A DNA stretch of 64,000 nt from Saccostrea echinata. Lineage: Eukaryota. Made by a program: the position numbers and the translations under genes. The notes beneath the pieces are model-generated. The model searched no databases, was not told the origin of the DNA, and saw only the letters and a program-made list of their open reading frames with translations. Within the stretch, counting starts at the first letter, position 1. Each line of letters opens with the position of its first letter. Location: contig NW_026889772.1 of assembly GCF_033153115.1 (NCBI RefSeq), forward strand, positions 6,262,001 through 6,326,000, written 5' to 3'. This document shows, piece after piece, positions 1-14,200 of this stretch.

Positions 1-888
1 CTAACAGTTTAGTTTGAGGGGTCGACAAAACCCATTTCTCCCGAGAACACAATCAATAAATGTTTTGTTATACCTTTTTTTTGACATACATGTACAAAGT
101 ATCTTGTGCTGGCTTCCATGATATAAATTTCCTTCACCAGCACTGTGGTAAAACTTGGTCAATTCGGTCAGTGTCAAATACCAAGGAATGCAAAAAAGAT
201 TTAGCTGATACCGTCCACAGTGTGACGTAAGTGGTCCAATATCTCATCCACAGGTCCAATATCTCACTCTGAGGTCAAACATTTTTTTTATGACCGCTCA
301 GAAAAACATTGGAAATGTTAGACTTCTTTTTTTTTTACTATAGCTATAGACAGGAACCAATTTTAAAAAGTATAATATATCTTTTTCACTCACTGAATAC
401 TGGAAACATAAGGGGATTCATTTTGTTTTGATGGTGGTGTTGTTCGGGTGGGGGTGGGGGTGATGTCTCTTTAGAGATCACATTGGACATTATTTATAAG
501 AAGATGTTTTCAGCCAGTTTAATGAAAAGTACCGGTATTTGTTTTGTGTGGTCATATGAAATGTACAGGAAATTTGTCAGCAGTTACCTGGGTATCTTAA
601 GGGCATTGTGTTTTAAAGCATCTTTTGAATTGTTCCTGAAAACTGTGCATTTAGAGTGCATCATGCTTTTGAAATGATGAGTTGTTTTCAGTTTTAATTT
701 ATATATGGATAAATGTAATCACCACTCCAAAGATTCAAAATTTCACTTTTGTACTCGCTAAGAATCTTAAAATATTCAAAAGTGTTAAGATGAGCACGTC
801 TTTCGACATATTAGATTATAAACTGAAAAATAATAGCTAGGAAAATTGAATATACATGTAGTACATAATATTTAAACTAGTCTAATTC

Positions 889-920
<32 letters not shown>

Positions 921-1170
921 TGTATGTGACTTACTGTAGAAGTACTTTTTTCCATGTGGTATTTATATACGCTATTTACACAGTCACAAATTTTCCATGG
1001 AAATTTCTCAGCTTACTTAAAGTACATTTAAAGCATATAGTGGCAATCTAAGAAATCTGCGTAATTTTTAACCGGCGGATTGAACAAAAATTCTGATTCC
1101 ACAGAATTATGACCCCCCTGGAAAAAGGTATGTTTACAGTACGTAGTAATATAAAGTTGTATCACAATAG

Positions 1171-4100
1171 GCAGGCCAGAACTTTGACCACATTCCCAAA
1201 GAAGACCAACTGGCTCATGTAAAGATGATGTGTGGGACCTATCTAAACACACCCCCAGAACTGAGACTCCCAGAGAAAAGGATGGTGCCTCTTAAGGACA
1301 TCCCAGAAACCTTTGATGCCCGAACTCAGTGGACCAACTGCCCAACACTGAAGGAGGTCAGGGACCAAGGAGCTTGTGGATCTTGTTGGGTAAGGTCTGG
1401 GAAAGGGGAGGAGGATAGATGGGATAGGTAGTGAAACTGAATTACTGGGAGGGATCTTAATGGCCTCTGCCAAAGTAGATGGAATGAGGATATCTTGTCA
1501 GTAGGTTTATCTGTCAATTAAACAGTTGTAACAGGTTTCTTAAGTCAGTGCTTGTCTTCAACATTGATGTTTTAAAAATATTTCAATCATCTTCCTCAAT
1601 TTATGAGTATAGAGAACGTTATAACTTAATGTGATACTTATTTTATTTCAGGCTTTTGGTGCTGTTGAGGCCATGTCTGATCGTATCTGCATCAAGTCTC
1701 AGGGAAAAGCAAATGCTCACATCTCAGCAGAAGATCTAACAGCCTGCTGCAGGACCTGTGGAAATGGGTAGGTGGATCATGTACTGTAGTTGGAAATTGG
1801 TGGGTGGATCGTGTACTGTATTTGGAAATTGGTAGGTGGATCATGTACTGTTAGTTGTAAATTGGTGGGTGGATCATGTACTGTTAGTTGGAAATTGGTA
1901 GGTGAATCGTGTACTGTTAGTTGTAAATTGGTGGGTGGATCATGTACTGTAGTTGGAAATTGGTGGGTGGATCATGTACTGTAGTTGGAAATTGGTGGGT
2001 GGATCGTGTACTGTTAGTTGTAAATTGATGGGTGGATCATGTACTGTAGTTGGAAATTGGTGGGTGGATCATGTACTGTAGTTGGAAATTGGTGGGTGGA
2101 TCGTGTACTGTTAGTTGTAAATTGGTGGGTGGATCATGTACTGTAGTTGGAAATTGGTGGGTGGATCGTGTACTGTTAGTTGTAAATTGGTGGGTGGATC
2201 ATGTACTGTAGTTGGAAATTGGTGGGTGGATCATGTACTGTAGTTGGAAATTGGTAGGTGGATCGTGTACTGTTAGTTGTAAATTGATGGGTGGATCATG
2301 TACTGTTAGTTGTAAATTGGTGGGTGGATCATGTACTGTAGTTGGAAATTGGTGGGTGGATCGTGTACTGTTAGTTGGAAATTGGTGGGTGGATCATGTA
2401 CTGTAGTTGGAAATTGGTGGGTGGATCGTGTACTGTAGTTGGAAATTGGTAGGTGGATCGTGTACTGTTAGTTGTAAATTGATGGGTGGATCGTGTACTG
2501 TTAGTTGTAAATTGGTGGGTGGATCATGTACTGTAGTTGGAAATTGGTGGGTGGATCGTGTACTGTTAGTTGGAAATTGGTGGGTGGATCATGTACTGTA
2601 GTTGGAAATTGGTAGGTGGATCGTGTACTGTTAGTTGGAAATGGGTTGGTGGATTGTGTACTGTAGATGGAAATTGGTAGGTGGATTGTGTACTGTAGTT
2701 GGAAATTGGTTGGTGGATTGTGTACTGTAGTTGAAAATTGGTACACGCCTACAGTGATCAAGTACTCATAATATCCAGGCCAACTTGTATATATCGAAAA
2801 TTCAATGAACTGATTTGTTGACAAAATACATTTCTTGGCATGTAAATCATTGTTAAGGATGAAACACAAAATCCATGAACATTGGTCCCCCACAAATGAT
2901 GATTCCAAAGTAGGTATGGAAATAACTTGATATGGAGTTTGATGCATTTTGTAGATTGGCAAGCTTTTAGTACATTATACAAATTCAGTAATAATAATGT
3001 GAGCAGCCTTAAATATTTAATTGTGATGAAAACATACAGTAATTTCCCATTGCATTAAAGATTTTGGTAATCTCTTTAAGGTATGTCACTCGTGAAATTT
3101 GTTATATCAAGGATTTTTTGAGAAGTATATTTTGGATAAGTACTCATATAGTATGACTCAAAATTGCTGAGAAAATGGGGGGTCAATGTGCATCTAAGTG
3201 AGCTACAGTACAATTAAGTTGACCTTTTTGCACTTAAATTTAACTCGTTGGTTAATCACTTTAATCGTTATCATATTAAAATTTTATCAGATGTAACCAT
3301 GGCAATAAACATAATCTTATTTTACGTAAAATAGTTTGAATAATATTTATCATTGAACAAATCATGCAAATTAATGCGCCTAAATTATTGTGTGACCTTT
3401 TTGCACTAAAAAATCTCATATTTGGGGTATTAAAAATCTAAATAGACAATAGAATATTTTCATGTATCAAACTTTTTACGACTTAAGTGCTGATCGGTCA
3501 AAAGTATCGAGTAGTTTAAAATAATGAAAGAAAAATTACGGGTCAGTGATGTAAATTTTGTAATATTGGTCAAAATATGCGATTTTCTGGCCAAAAACTG
3601 TAAATTTTATCTCGACTTCTTTAATACATCTTCATTTTTTGGCAAAGTTTGTTGAGCGAAGGTGTAAATTTTGTTATAAAAACATAAATTGAGACCTATA
3701 TTTAATATTCCAGGCATATCATAATGGAAAATGTTCCCTGAGTAAAAGTATGTGAGGCTAAAGTTCCAAGATATTAAATTCAATAAATGTGTAGATTTGC
3801 AGAATTTTCTGCTTAATATCCTTCCACCACAAGAAATAGTCCCTTACAAATCTCGCTTCTTTATGAATTTTTGAGCAGTTTTTTAATTGAATGTTGAACA
3901 TTTTAGATTGTTTAATTGAAATATGTTATAAAGATTGAATTGTAATAAATAGTTTTTAAGTAAGAGGTTCTGACTGAACTTTTGTAAAAGGCTGACGAGT
4001 GACATACCTTAATGTCGTAATCTTTCTTTTAAATGTTTCTTTCAAATTTTCAGCTGTGAGGGGGGTTTCCCATCTGCTGCCTGGAGTTATTATGAAAGAG

Positions 4101-7100
4101 ATGGTCTTGTAACCGGAGGGCAATACAACTCACACCAGGTAAACAAACAAACAAACAAAAAAAGAACAAAGGCTTAACAATTGGTTTGAAAAATGTCAGC
4201 CAAAATACGATCCAATTGTAGGGTATATTTGCTAACAAGGTCATTATAACAAACATAGAATTTATGAAATGCTGACTTTAAACAAGGTTGTTGAATTCCT
4301 TGTTACATCAACTTATCTGTCAGTAGCCTGCCTTGGTGTAAAAATTGGTCACACCCAATATGCTTTTGAGTATCAAATAAGTTGAGAGATTTAAAAACCC
4401 AGATGCAGATGATAGTGGAATATTACTACATACCACTCAGACAGCATCAAAGTCCTGATCATTTAATAAATACAGTCAAACTTGTCATAGCGGTCACCTT
4501 TATTCAGTAGTCACCTGTCCTATGCAGTCATTTTATTTCCTCCGAATAAATATTCCTATATAATGTAACTCTATTAAGCGGTCACCTGCATATTTATGTA
4601 TCATATACAGAACCAAGAATTAGCACAAGGTTAGCATACACTCTAATATGTGTAACAGGAAAGGAGAAAATGTATGGCTGGGCCTGGAATTGAACCCGGG
4701 ACCCCTGCATCACTAGTCAGGTGCTCTACTGACTGAGCTACCCAGGCCGATATCCAGGGCCCAAACCATTACATATGTCTCCTATATGCATGGACTACAC
4801 TAACCCCAGGTTAACATAAGTACTCAGTGGTTTTAATGCTTTGTAGTACACAATACACAAGGACATTTTTGATATGCTATGCCTTTAATGATCTTTTACA
4901 AATATTAAGTGTATGTGTTTAGGAGGGGGGCATATTAATTTCTGCATGCATGGTTTCAGTATTTAGAGATGATGGTTCAATGAATATCACTTGTGATTGC
5001 ATTATTTGTACCTACGTGTATTTGCACTTGCAAATTAAAATTTTATAATACTTGAGTATTTTACAATATGTCTTCATTTTGAAAATAAGCCTGACTATTA
5101 TCATGTTACAGGGGTGCCTACCATACACAATCAAGGCATGTGATCACCATGTGGTAGGAAAACTCCAACCATGCTCCAAAAAGATTGGCCCCACCCCACG
5201 CTGCGAGAAGAAATGTGAAGCTGGCTACAATGTCACTTATGCTAAGGATAAGCACTATGGTAAGGAAGGGCTTGAGCAATTGATGAAAGAAGATTTAGAA
5301 CTTCATATGATACTGTGCTGCTTTAAAAAGAATTAGCCCCTTGTGCCTCTATACTGAAAAAATTAACATTAATTTGTACAATAAAATATGCATATATAAT
5401 AAAGTGCCAGGGAAGGCCAATTTTGCTTCATTATAATTAAACGTACATGTAATTCATTATATCTGTTAAGTTCACAATATAATTTAAAGCCACGGGGAAT
5501 GAAAATCAATTTGCTGTAATCTTCAATTCATTGTAACTGTGTTTGCTATAAGCATGTTTTACTGTATATCAGTCTTAATGCATATATTTTTTGTATTTGA
5601 AAACCAAATACTTGCATGTGTAGATGTGTCTGAACAATAAAATTATTGCATTTGTTTGTTTTGTAGGAATGTCTGCTTACAGCGTACGTGGTGTGGAGAA
5701 AATTCAGACAGAGATCATGACTAATGGCCCAGTAGAGGGCGCTTTCACAGTCTACTCTGATTTCCCACAATACAAATCTGGTGTGTTTAATTGTATAATT
5801 GTGCTTGTATCCTTGGCACTTTTAAAATCATACATGTTGATTTGAAATGATGTGAAGTCAAATATAAATCAAAGTACAGGTATTTTTTCTATATTTGTGG
5901 CATACCTGTTTATTTTGGTGTTTTATTAATTTCTGTTTTATCTTGTAGGTGTTTATAAGCACACAACTGGAAAACCCCTTGGTGGACACGCCATTAAGAT
6001 TCTGGGGTGGGGAACTGAGAACGGAGATGATTATTGGCTGGTGGCCAACTCTTGGAATCCTGACTGGGGAGATCAAGGTAAGGTCATATATATGTGAAAT
6101 AGGTCAAGGTCACTCACACTAACTCCTGCAACCCTGACTGAGGTGATCAAGGTAGGGTCATAAATATGTGAAAGGTCAAGGTCACTGACATTAACTCATG
6201 CAACCCTGACTGGGGGATCAAGGTAGGGTCATAAATATGTGAAATAGGTCAAGGTCACTGACTCTAACTCCTGCAACCCTGACTGGGGTGATCAAGGTAG
6301 GGTGAGAAATATGTGAAATAGGTCAAGGTCACTGACACTAACTCCTACAACCCTGACTGGATGATCATGGTAGGGTCATAAATATGTGAAATAATTCACT
6401 CTGATAATGTTTAAGGAGGTTGGCTCTTGCTATCAGAAGTCTTAAGATCTTTTGTTAAAGTATATTTTTTGGTATCTAAAAGATTTTTATTTTTTTTAAA
6501 AATTCAAAAAATGGGAGTCAGTATGCTTCTTTTAGTGCTATGGTGCATTTTATATGACCTTTGTGCACTGTAGTTGTGTCTTACACATAAATAACTTTTT
6601 CCTTCAATAATCTTTATCTTAAAAAAAATCATGGGACCAAATGCAATCTAATTCTATCCTGTCAATGAATAGAAACATTTAAAATTGTGACAAAGAAAAA
6701 GTTTCAAATTACATGTACTTTGCATAATCTTTAACAAGCAATAAAATTATTTTAAAGTCTTAAGCTTTTATTGAATTTAATAAAGCAGAATAGTCAAAGT
6801 TATCTTATATATTCAGAAAAGAAAATCAAAAGAACAGAGTGTCTATGATGTATATTTTTTGGTATTTGTTAATTTTAAGCTAAAATTGGGGCTATTTTTT
6901 CTGGTCTTTCACAATATACATGTATTTGCTACATTTGTCAGATATATTGAAAGCATTCATAATAGTTATTAATAATTTAATGTATAATTTGGGACCAGCG
7001 TAAAACATTTCACTGCACAAAATAAATGTGTTTAGCTTGCATGGAAAAATAGAAATCTAAACTGAACACGTTATGTTAATACTTCAAATGAGAAAAATCT

Positions 7101-7286
7101 GTCATTTACTTCTAAAAAAAAAAGTTTGCCACAAAATGTTAATTGCTTTATAAAACAAATTATAGTAATATAGAGTGAAAATTAAATGTAGGTTTTCTGT
7201 TTTTAGGATTTTTCAAGATCCTGCGAGGCCGAGATGAGTGTGGAATTGAGTCCCAGATTAGTGCAGGAGAACCCAAACTACAATAA
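1171..7286 (+). CDS. CTSB: Cathepsin B (papain-family C1A cysteine protease), 5'-partial; coding exons 1171-1389, 1652-1767, 4054-4138, 5112-5259, 5667-5780, 5949-6077, 7207-7286
   Basis: Spliced translation gives [30 protein letters not shown]|[13 protein letters not shown] (catalytic Cys), GCEGGFP, the occluding-loop [16 protein letters not shown] (catalytic His), [13 protein letters not shown] (catalytic Asn), [15 protein letters not shown], then TAA at 7284-7286. All introns are GT-AG with compatible phases. The signal-peptide/early propeptide exon was not located and is probably upstream of the window. Confidence 0.97.
1758..2741. repeat. 32/33-bp minisatellite (TTGGAAATTGGTGGGTGGATCATGTACTGT[T]AG), ~30 copies, in a cathepsin B intron
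   Basis: Directly visible tandem array. The first unit overlaps the exon end and donor (TGGAAATGG|GTAGGTGGATC). Confidence 0.95.
3080..4008. mobile_element. Non-autonomous DNA transposon, Kolobok-like (TTAA TSD)
   Basis: Perfect 14-bp TIRs GGTATGTCACTCGT / ACGAGTGACATACC flanked by TTAA on both sides. GG termini favour Kolobok over piggyBac. Confidence 0.8.
4651..4773 (-). mobile_element. Solo LTR containing a tRNA-like (Thr-AGT-like) sequence; Helenus-type TRIM-like
   Basis: TGTAA...TTACA termini and a 4-bp TSD (TATG) on both sides. The minus strand contains A/B-box tRNA-like GGTAGCTCAGTCAGTAGAGC...GGTTCAATTCC at 4675-4748. Confidence 0.75.
6047..6393. repeat. ~73-bp tandem repeat (5 units) copying the 3' end of a cathepsin B exon plus its splice donor
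   Basis: Units start at 6047, 6121, 6193, 6266 and 6340. Consensus AACTCCTGCAACCCTGACTGGGGTGATCAAG|GTAGGGTCAT... matches the exon end AACTCTTGGAATCCTGACTGGGGAGATCAAG|GTAAGGTCAT. Confidence 0.92.
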
Positions 7287-9247
7287 ACTCGAGCCTACGG
7301 ACTCATTGTTACATTCCATTACTCACAAACATGAGATTACCAAGTTGTTTAACTCACATTGTGAAAAATAATTGAAGTGATACTTTGAAAATGGTGCTCA
7401 ATAATTTTATTTTCAAGCAGTGTTGTTCTTTATATACATCTTTGTACAAATGAGATTTGATACTTTAATACACACAAGTTTTCAAAAAATAAATTTATTA
7501 AAAAGATTGATACATGTATGTGTTGTTACTAATTTTGGAAACCAAAGATACCGTCATGTGAATACATGTACATGTATAAGATGTACTGGTTTCAGTTTCT
7601 TTAATTAAGGGGATGAACAAAGATTTGAAGTTTAACCTTCAAAATTTTGGTAGAATTTCATGACTTACATATTGCAAGGGCTTGTAGATAATTATATGAT
7701 GAAAATCTATTTAGAAACTTCTGCGCCTCGGTTGACAATGGTTTTCTTGGGGTGAAAATTTTCAATGTTACACTCAACAACATGCAATCTTTATATAATA
7801 GTAATAACAAACGCAGGTATTTTGTACAAGGTTATGAAGAATGCCGTTGTCATTGAATACTAATAATTTCCATGCACTTCAAATCATTTAAGTGACAATG
7901 TGTGTTCATGCTCATCTGTTAGAATGTTTTTAATCAACCTGTCTCTCAGTGTGGGACTAATTAATCTTCAGGAATTTGACAGGGACAATAAAAAATCATG
8001 AAAATTTTTCAAAGAGAACCTTTTCTGTATTGGAAAGAAACTTGCCACAAATATAGGCCGCTAAAAATTTAGCTTTTATCTGAACTTTGAAATGTAAAGC
8101 ATTCTCAAGTTTCTCTATGGAATTCTCTGTGGAATCATCTTAATCTGTAGGGGGTCAATGTTCATGGTCAAGCAAAATTTTACTTGTTCGTGGGGACAGA
8201 ATTTCGTGGGTTACTTGTTTATACAGTAGATTCAACAAACCTAAGGAGTTGGAATCCTTGATACTCAAACTTGATCTACTACTCTACTTCAATAATAAAA
8301 TTCTTATCCCCCCCCCCCCCCAAAATAAAAGAAATGAAACCTCATGAAACTGAAATTTGACCTACAATGTACACAACCACAAGCAATAATATATCAAATC
8401 ATTCAAAAATCTCAAAGTTTCATCCAAATAAACTTCAGAAACAGACTGTTATCAATTTTGAAATGGTAAAGGGCCACAACTCCAATCAAGGCAACTGAAA
8501 GTTGAAATTCAATGAGTCTCAAAACCAGATAACTACATGTATATAAAGACATATTAGTTGTCATAATACCAAATCAATCCTTATCCAACATCTCAAAGTT
8601 AAATTCTAAAAAGAAAATAGTTTGGAAAAATCTCCAGTCATAAAGGACCATAACCCTGGTTTCAAGGGTTAATACATGTATTTGATGAATTTGTTTTTAT
8701 TCTCACTTATCTGCAACTCTTGTATGCAAGCATGTATTAAATTGCAATCCATTATCTCAAAATTAAACCCTCAAAAATTTCTTAAAATCAAATCAAAGAA
8801 GTGGACAGGTAAGTGAAATTAGTATGGGACTTATGACCTGTTAGATAAGAATTTGCCAGTGACCTCGCTTGACATATTACTATATCCTTGAAATCATAAT
8901 CTAATTGCACTAGGCGTATTTTATTGATAACATATTTATACTAATACTACTGAATATCATCTCAATAAGCCTAAAGCTCTAACAGCTGACTATACAACAG
9001 TTTCCATATAGCCATAAATGGCAATGTTATTTACATGTACTGTTATTTCAACAATTTTCCTGGGAATCAGGTTTCATGGTTTTGACAGAAAATACAATTT
9101 TGTTGATACATATGTTAATTCTTAGACAGCTACCTTGTCCTATTCAACGATAGTCAAATTTGTAAATTGTTAGTCACCTTATGTCAACCACAAGAAAGTG
9201 AAAATTGATGTTCAGCAACAAAATCAGTGTAATTAGTGTTAATTTAA

Positions 9248-9924
9248 GGATATCCGATCCTCAGCCAGGAAGGATAACTCTTTAATTTATTATTTAATTC
9301 CAAAATTCTCAAAATGAAGCTTAAATATGAAATCTTTTCAAGCAACAATTTTCATTTTATGCATCTCAATGTGATTCAAGGTTCTTTGAAGTTTTAGAAA
9401 CAGTCTTTTAAAACGTTGATAAATTTACCCTATAGAGATATGTTAAAATACAGATTTAAAGAAATCGACTTTTCTTTTAATTTAGCCTTAGATACCAATG
9501 CTAATTAGCATACTATGAAATTAGGAATGATTTATGGTGTTTTGCAGTGATAGGAAACATTTTATAAACTATGCATTATAAAATAATTGAAGTACATAGA
9601 AGCAATTAAATCACTGTATAAAAATCAGGCAATTTTCTTCAAATGCCTGGATACCTTTAGTTTTTTAGCCTAAAATGTTTTTGTTGATCAATTTCCAATT
9701 AGAAAATGCATAGTAGGTGTCTTTATTCGCATTTCCTGAAAATTTATACAAAATTTACTCATTTTTCCTGTAATATTTTTCCTATATAATATGATTAACT
9801 TTAATGATGAAGTTTGAACAATTACCGTGGGTAAATTTACATTACTTGGAGAATTCAGGGACATTTATGAGAGCATTTTCAATTATTCAATGCCTGATTT
9901 TCAGAACCTGAGGATTGGACTACC
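9248..9924. mobile_element. Non-autonomous DNA transposon, Kolobok-like (TTAA TSD)
   Basis: Imperfect 17-bp TIRs GGATATCCGATCCTCAG / CTGAGGATTGGACTACC, with TTAA on both flanks. Confidence 0.65.
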
Positions 9925-11297
9925 TTAAAAGGTTTATAAAAGTGGAAACTTTGATCATGAATATTATTTTCAATTGTTCATTCCCAAATAAAAAATGTCA
10001 AGCATTATGGTTTACAATGACAAGATCTGTGTAACTTCTTTTTATTTAGGTCTTTTTTGCAGATATGAAAACACCCACCTAAAAAAAAGACACAAAATCT
10101 GGTATACCATATGACTTTTCTGCGTCACAGGATCATCTATTCTAAATGATAACCCTGCATCTAAACTTGATAAACTTTACGTAGAGTAACCATGACCCAA
10201 ATTAACAGATATCTATGTACATCTGTATTTATGTCATTAATGTGAGGAACATGAAGCAAAACATCACATTTATTAAATTTATTTTAAAAACTGTCTTTGA
10301 CAGATCATTTCACAGATTCAAAATCATACACTAATTGCTGCTATGTGAACGTCAGGATGAAGATAATGAGGGGTATATATTTATATAATATTATGTAACA
10401 ACCTGTATTCATATTTCAAGTATTCTTTGCTATTATGTATTTCTTAAAATCTGTGTTTTAAAGAGGTTCTCTAAAATTTAAATATTGTCAGAGTATAAGA
10501 GTGTAATGTTATATAAATTACTACAGAACAGATGTTTTGTGTAGTGTAAATGGTCTTCAACAGATTTACAAATTACATATACAGTACAGGTAAAAACCGG
10601 TAATAGTTATCTTATCAAATGTTGTCACATTTTTAAAAATATCTACAATGTAAAGGGAGATAATCATATATTGTTCTTTTTTTAACAAGCATTTTGCATT
10701 AATTTCAGAGGGCTCTGATATCCAAGATTCAACAGAAGATACAAAATTATTCATATCAAAAATTTCTAAGACAGATTTTTGAAAATTTTATAAGATACAT
10801 GATTCAGATTTCAATGAACTTACCAATTGCAAATTTTGCAATTGATCACCTTTGCTGTGACTGATTTACACTGTATCAGTCAGCAAGTAAAAAATTACAA
10901 TCCCTCATGCAAACATCTTCATTTAAAGATGAAAAGGCAAAAAGGCAATTCAACAATTAACAAAAAGTAAAATTATAACACCTATAAAATATGTAATAAA
11001 GCATTTACTATGTTGAAAGGTAAAATATTAATAATCAAGAAAACAAATTCATACAAAGAATGCAATAAGACCAAAACAACAAAATTTCAGCACCGTTACA
11101 CATACAATTACATATCATGTATTTGATTTAAATTACAGATAATCCTGATGTTTTAGCTGATTCAACAGGGACCATAGTAATTATTAATAATAATTGACCT
11201 TTCCCCTTTTCACCTCCCATTACTCTATAAACAAATAAATACACATGTACATCATGACAGTATTTTCCCCACCCCCCAATATCTGAGAGCTCTATCA

Positions 11298-14200
11298 CTA
11301 CCCTAGTTTTAATTTGTCCATTTTGTCCTCATCAGCATTCCTCAGTTCCTCTTCCACATCCTCGTCATCCTCTTCCTCCTCCTCTGAATACTGGCCTCCT
11401 GCCTCGTCCTCTTTGTCTTGTAGAGATTTCTCATAAAAATACTCAAACGGATCGTTCCTGTCCTCTAACATCTCCTCCTGCTCCTCCCCAGCTTCCTCTA
11501 ACCGGTCCTGCTGGGACTTCTCAAAGTAGTAATCAAACGCATACTCCTTCATAGAAATCTGATGTGCCAGTAACTCGGCACTTCTCTCCTTGTCATATCT
11601 CTGGACCTGGGCGGCAAACTCGGCACCTTTTCCTTTGATATTAAGTCTTGTGATTTGATTAAACAGTTTCTCTGGTTCTTTAACACCATGCACTCCTGCC
11701 TTTTTGAAGAACTGAAAGAAATAAATGGTAATGCTAAGAAATAATTGCCTTTTACCTCAAAGTTATGACAGAGATAATCATGATTATATTGCCTTAGTCC
11801 AGTGCTGATATGAGTTATATTGATGATTGCATCATGAAATGGGAAAAAGGATAAATGATATGCACTTTAAAAACTAATCCTTTTATAACTTTTCACACTT
11901 TGATTGAACTCATTAGTTACATGTATTGAATTTATACCTAAATATTGAAAGATTGTAATTGGCAAATCTATAAGTACTACAAGAATGCTCAGAAATTCTG
12001 GGATCAATACAGCTATATATACCTTGCACACATTTGTGCAGTCACGGAACAAAAATTCCATGGCCTTGGGGTGGGTGAGTTCTACAGCTTGGCTGACATC
12101 TATGACCCACACTTTATCTTGGTACCAGAGTAGATTGTACTCACTCAAGTCGCCATGAACCAAGGCACATTTATTCTGCATTGTATCCATTATCTAAAGA
12201 TAGAACACAGATTGATAGGAAAAAAACTGATACTGTAAAAACTTTCACATGTATATTGACACTTTCATCGACAGTGACACTATAATTATGAAGGGTACAG
12301 GTCAACCATCAATAGAAAATTGTTATGGTAACTAATATAATTACATATGTAAAGTATAACTGTACAGCCCTCCTTATTCATGGGTTTTGTAGAGCTACAT
12401 TTATAAAATGATAAAATTTTATGATTAACAATCTAATTTTTAAGATTTTACAAGAGTCAATCCTAATATGCTATCCACCTACATGAATGTTACCTGTGGA
12501 AGAAGCTCACCTTTATAACCTGTTCATAAGCATCCTCATAATCTTCCACAGAAAGCTGTGCATCCTTTAGTTTGGGGGCGGGGCATTGGTCCTCTCCTAT
12601 AAAACTCATCACTAAGATGTGCTTGTTCAGGACTTGTACAGCAGGGCAAGGAATTCCAAATTTCTTCATTCTATAAATGAGGAAGGTTTCAATAAGTATA
12701 TAGAGATACATGTATATATATACAGCACAGAATTTTTAGTACATAGTTAAGTAATATGCTAAATCACACACTTTTTTGTTTATTTTACCAGACTCTAATA
12801 CAGTAAACCAACTATTAATTGTGATAACTTTTTCTTGTGACTTTTCAGTGTGATTTCTATCTGCGATTAGTAATTTCTTTGACCAAGGATTCATTTTACA
12901 TAAATACACAATGAAATAAATAATTCATGGCGAAATATATTTGTGAGAAGAAGAAGGTCGCAAAACTGAAGGATATTTCCCGCATATGATTAAAAGTTGG
13001 TTTCCAGTAATTGGACTATTACTGCTTACCTATTGAGGTTAGCTGTTTCTTTTTCCCCCCAGATTCGAATGACTTTTCTTGGGTTGTTTTTCTTAAAGTC
13101 GTCCCTTGAAAACCTGTGATCCCCATCGACATACGCTCCCCTGTTCTTAAATTCGTTTAATGTTGTCTTGTAGATCTTGACTGCACACTCAGTTGACAGC
13201 AAAACCCCCTCTTTGCTAATAATAGTAACAAGGAATTATAAGCACATTTATTTATTAAGTTTTTGAGTTAGTTCATTACAATATAACAGAATCAGACAGA
13301 GACTTTATTGTTCAGACAATGTCAGAATAAAAATCAACTATAAAACAATTATGGAGAGGATTCTGGAGCTCCAATGTCTTTATGATACTTCGTATGACAA
13401 AGCAATAAACTACAAGATATCCTATCTCGGACTCCTTTCTATACTCAGACATTATAACCAGCATTACCTCCCCCCATAGGCGTGATACACCACAGACTCC
13501 TTCCCCGAGCTGATGCTTCCCCCTACTGACTCCAGGGTCCCGTTATTCACCATCTTATACAGCAGGAGTTTGGTGCGGGGATCTAACACTTGTTCCTGTT
13601 AATAAAGTCAAGTCCATTTCTCAATCTAATCAGTACATAATACATTTATAACATTTCAAGGAACTTTCTTCCCAATTTCTAAGTTCAAGATTTCATTTTA
13701 TCAGATTTATTGATATATGTGTTTGTTTTAAATTTGCATTGGTACTGTACACATCAAAAATAAAATAAAAAATTCGAAGTCATACAAAATTCTGACAGCT
13801 CAAACATTGATCTTTGACAGAGAAATATTACAGTTTATTATGACTTACGGATGTAGAAAATTCCTTTTTCTCATGCAGTCTCTGACTTCTCTTGTTTTCC
13901 GCCAGTGAGTGCAGCTTTAGTTTGTTGTATACTTTATTCGGTAGCTTCATGTCAATCCCTTCTCCATCACCCGAGTGAAATTCTGGTGGAAGCTAAAAAA
14001 GAGAGCACAGATTCATTGGTTTTTACCTCATCTAGCATATACATCTATACTATCAAAAGCTGGATTTTTGGGGCTTGTTTATTTGCTTGTGAGGAGGGGG
14101 TCCTTTCTCATATAAATGTGATGGGTACTTATTTAGCTTGACTCACAAACTTTGATCTAGGATCTACTTACATCCATTAATCTAGATGCATTTCTCCTAC

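Noticed and set aside
1790-2962. Repetitive ORFs ([10 protein letters not shown]...)
   Set aside because: Products of the intronic 32/33-bp minisatellite; the frames shift with unit length.
4675-4748. Apparent tRNA-Thr(AGT) gene (also within 20259-20381)
   Set aside because: Acceptor and anticodon stems are mispaired, and the sequence is embedded in TG...CA-bounded dispersed repeats with a TSD. Treated as a tRNA-derived LTR rather than a tRNA gene.
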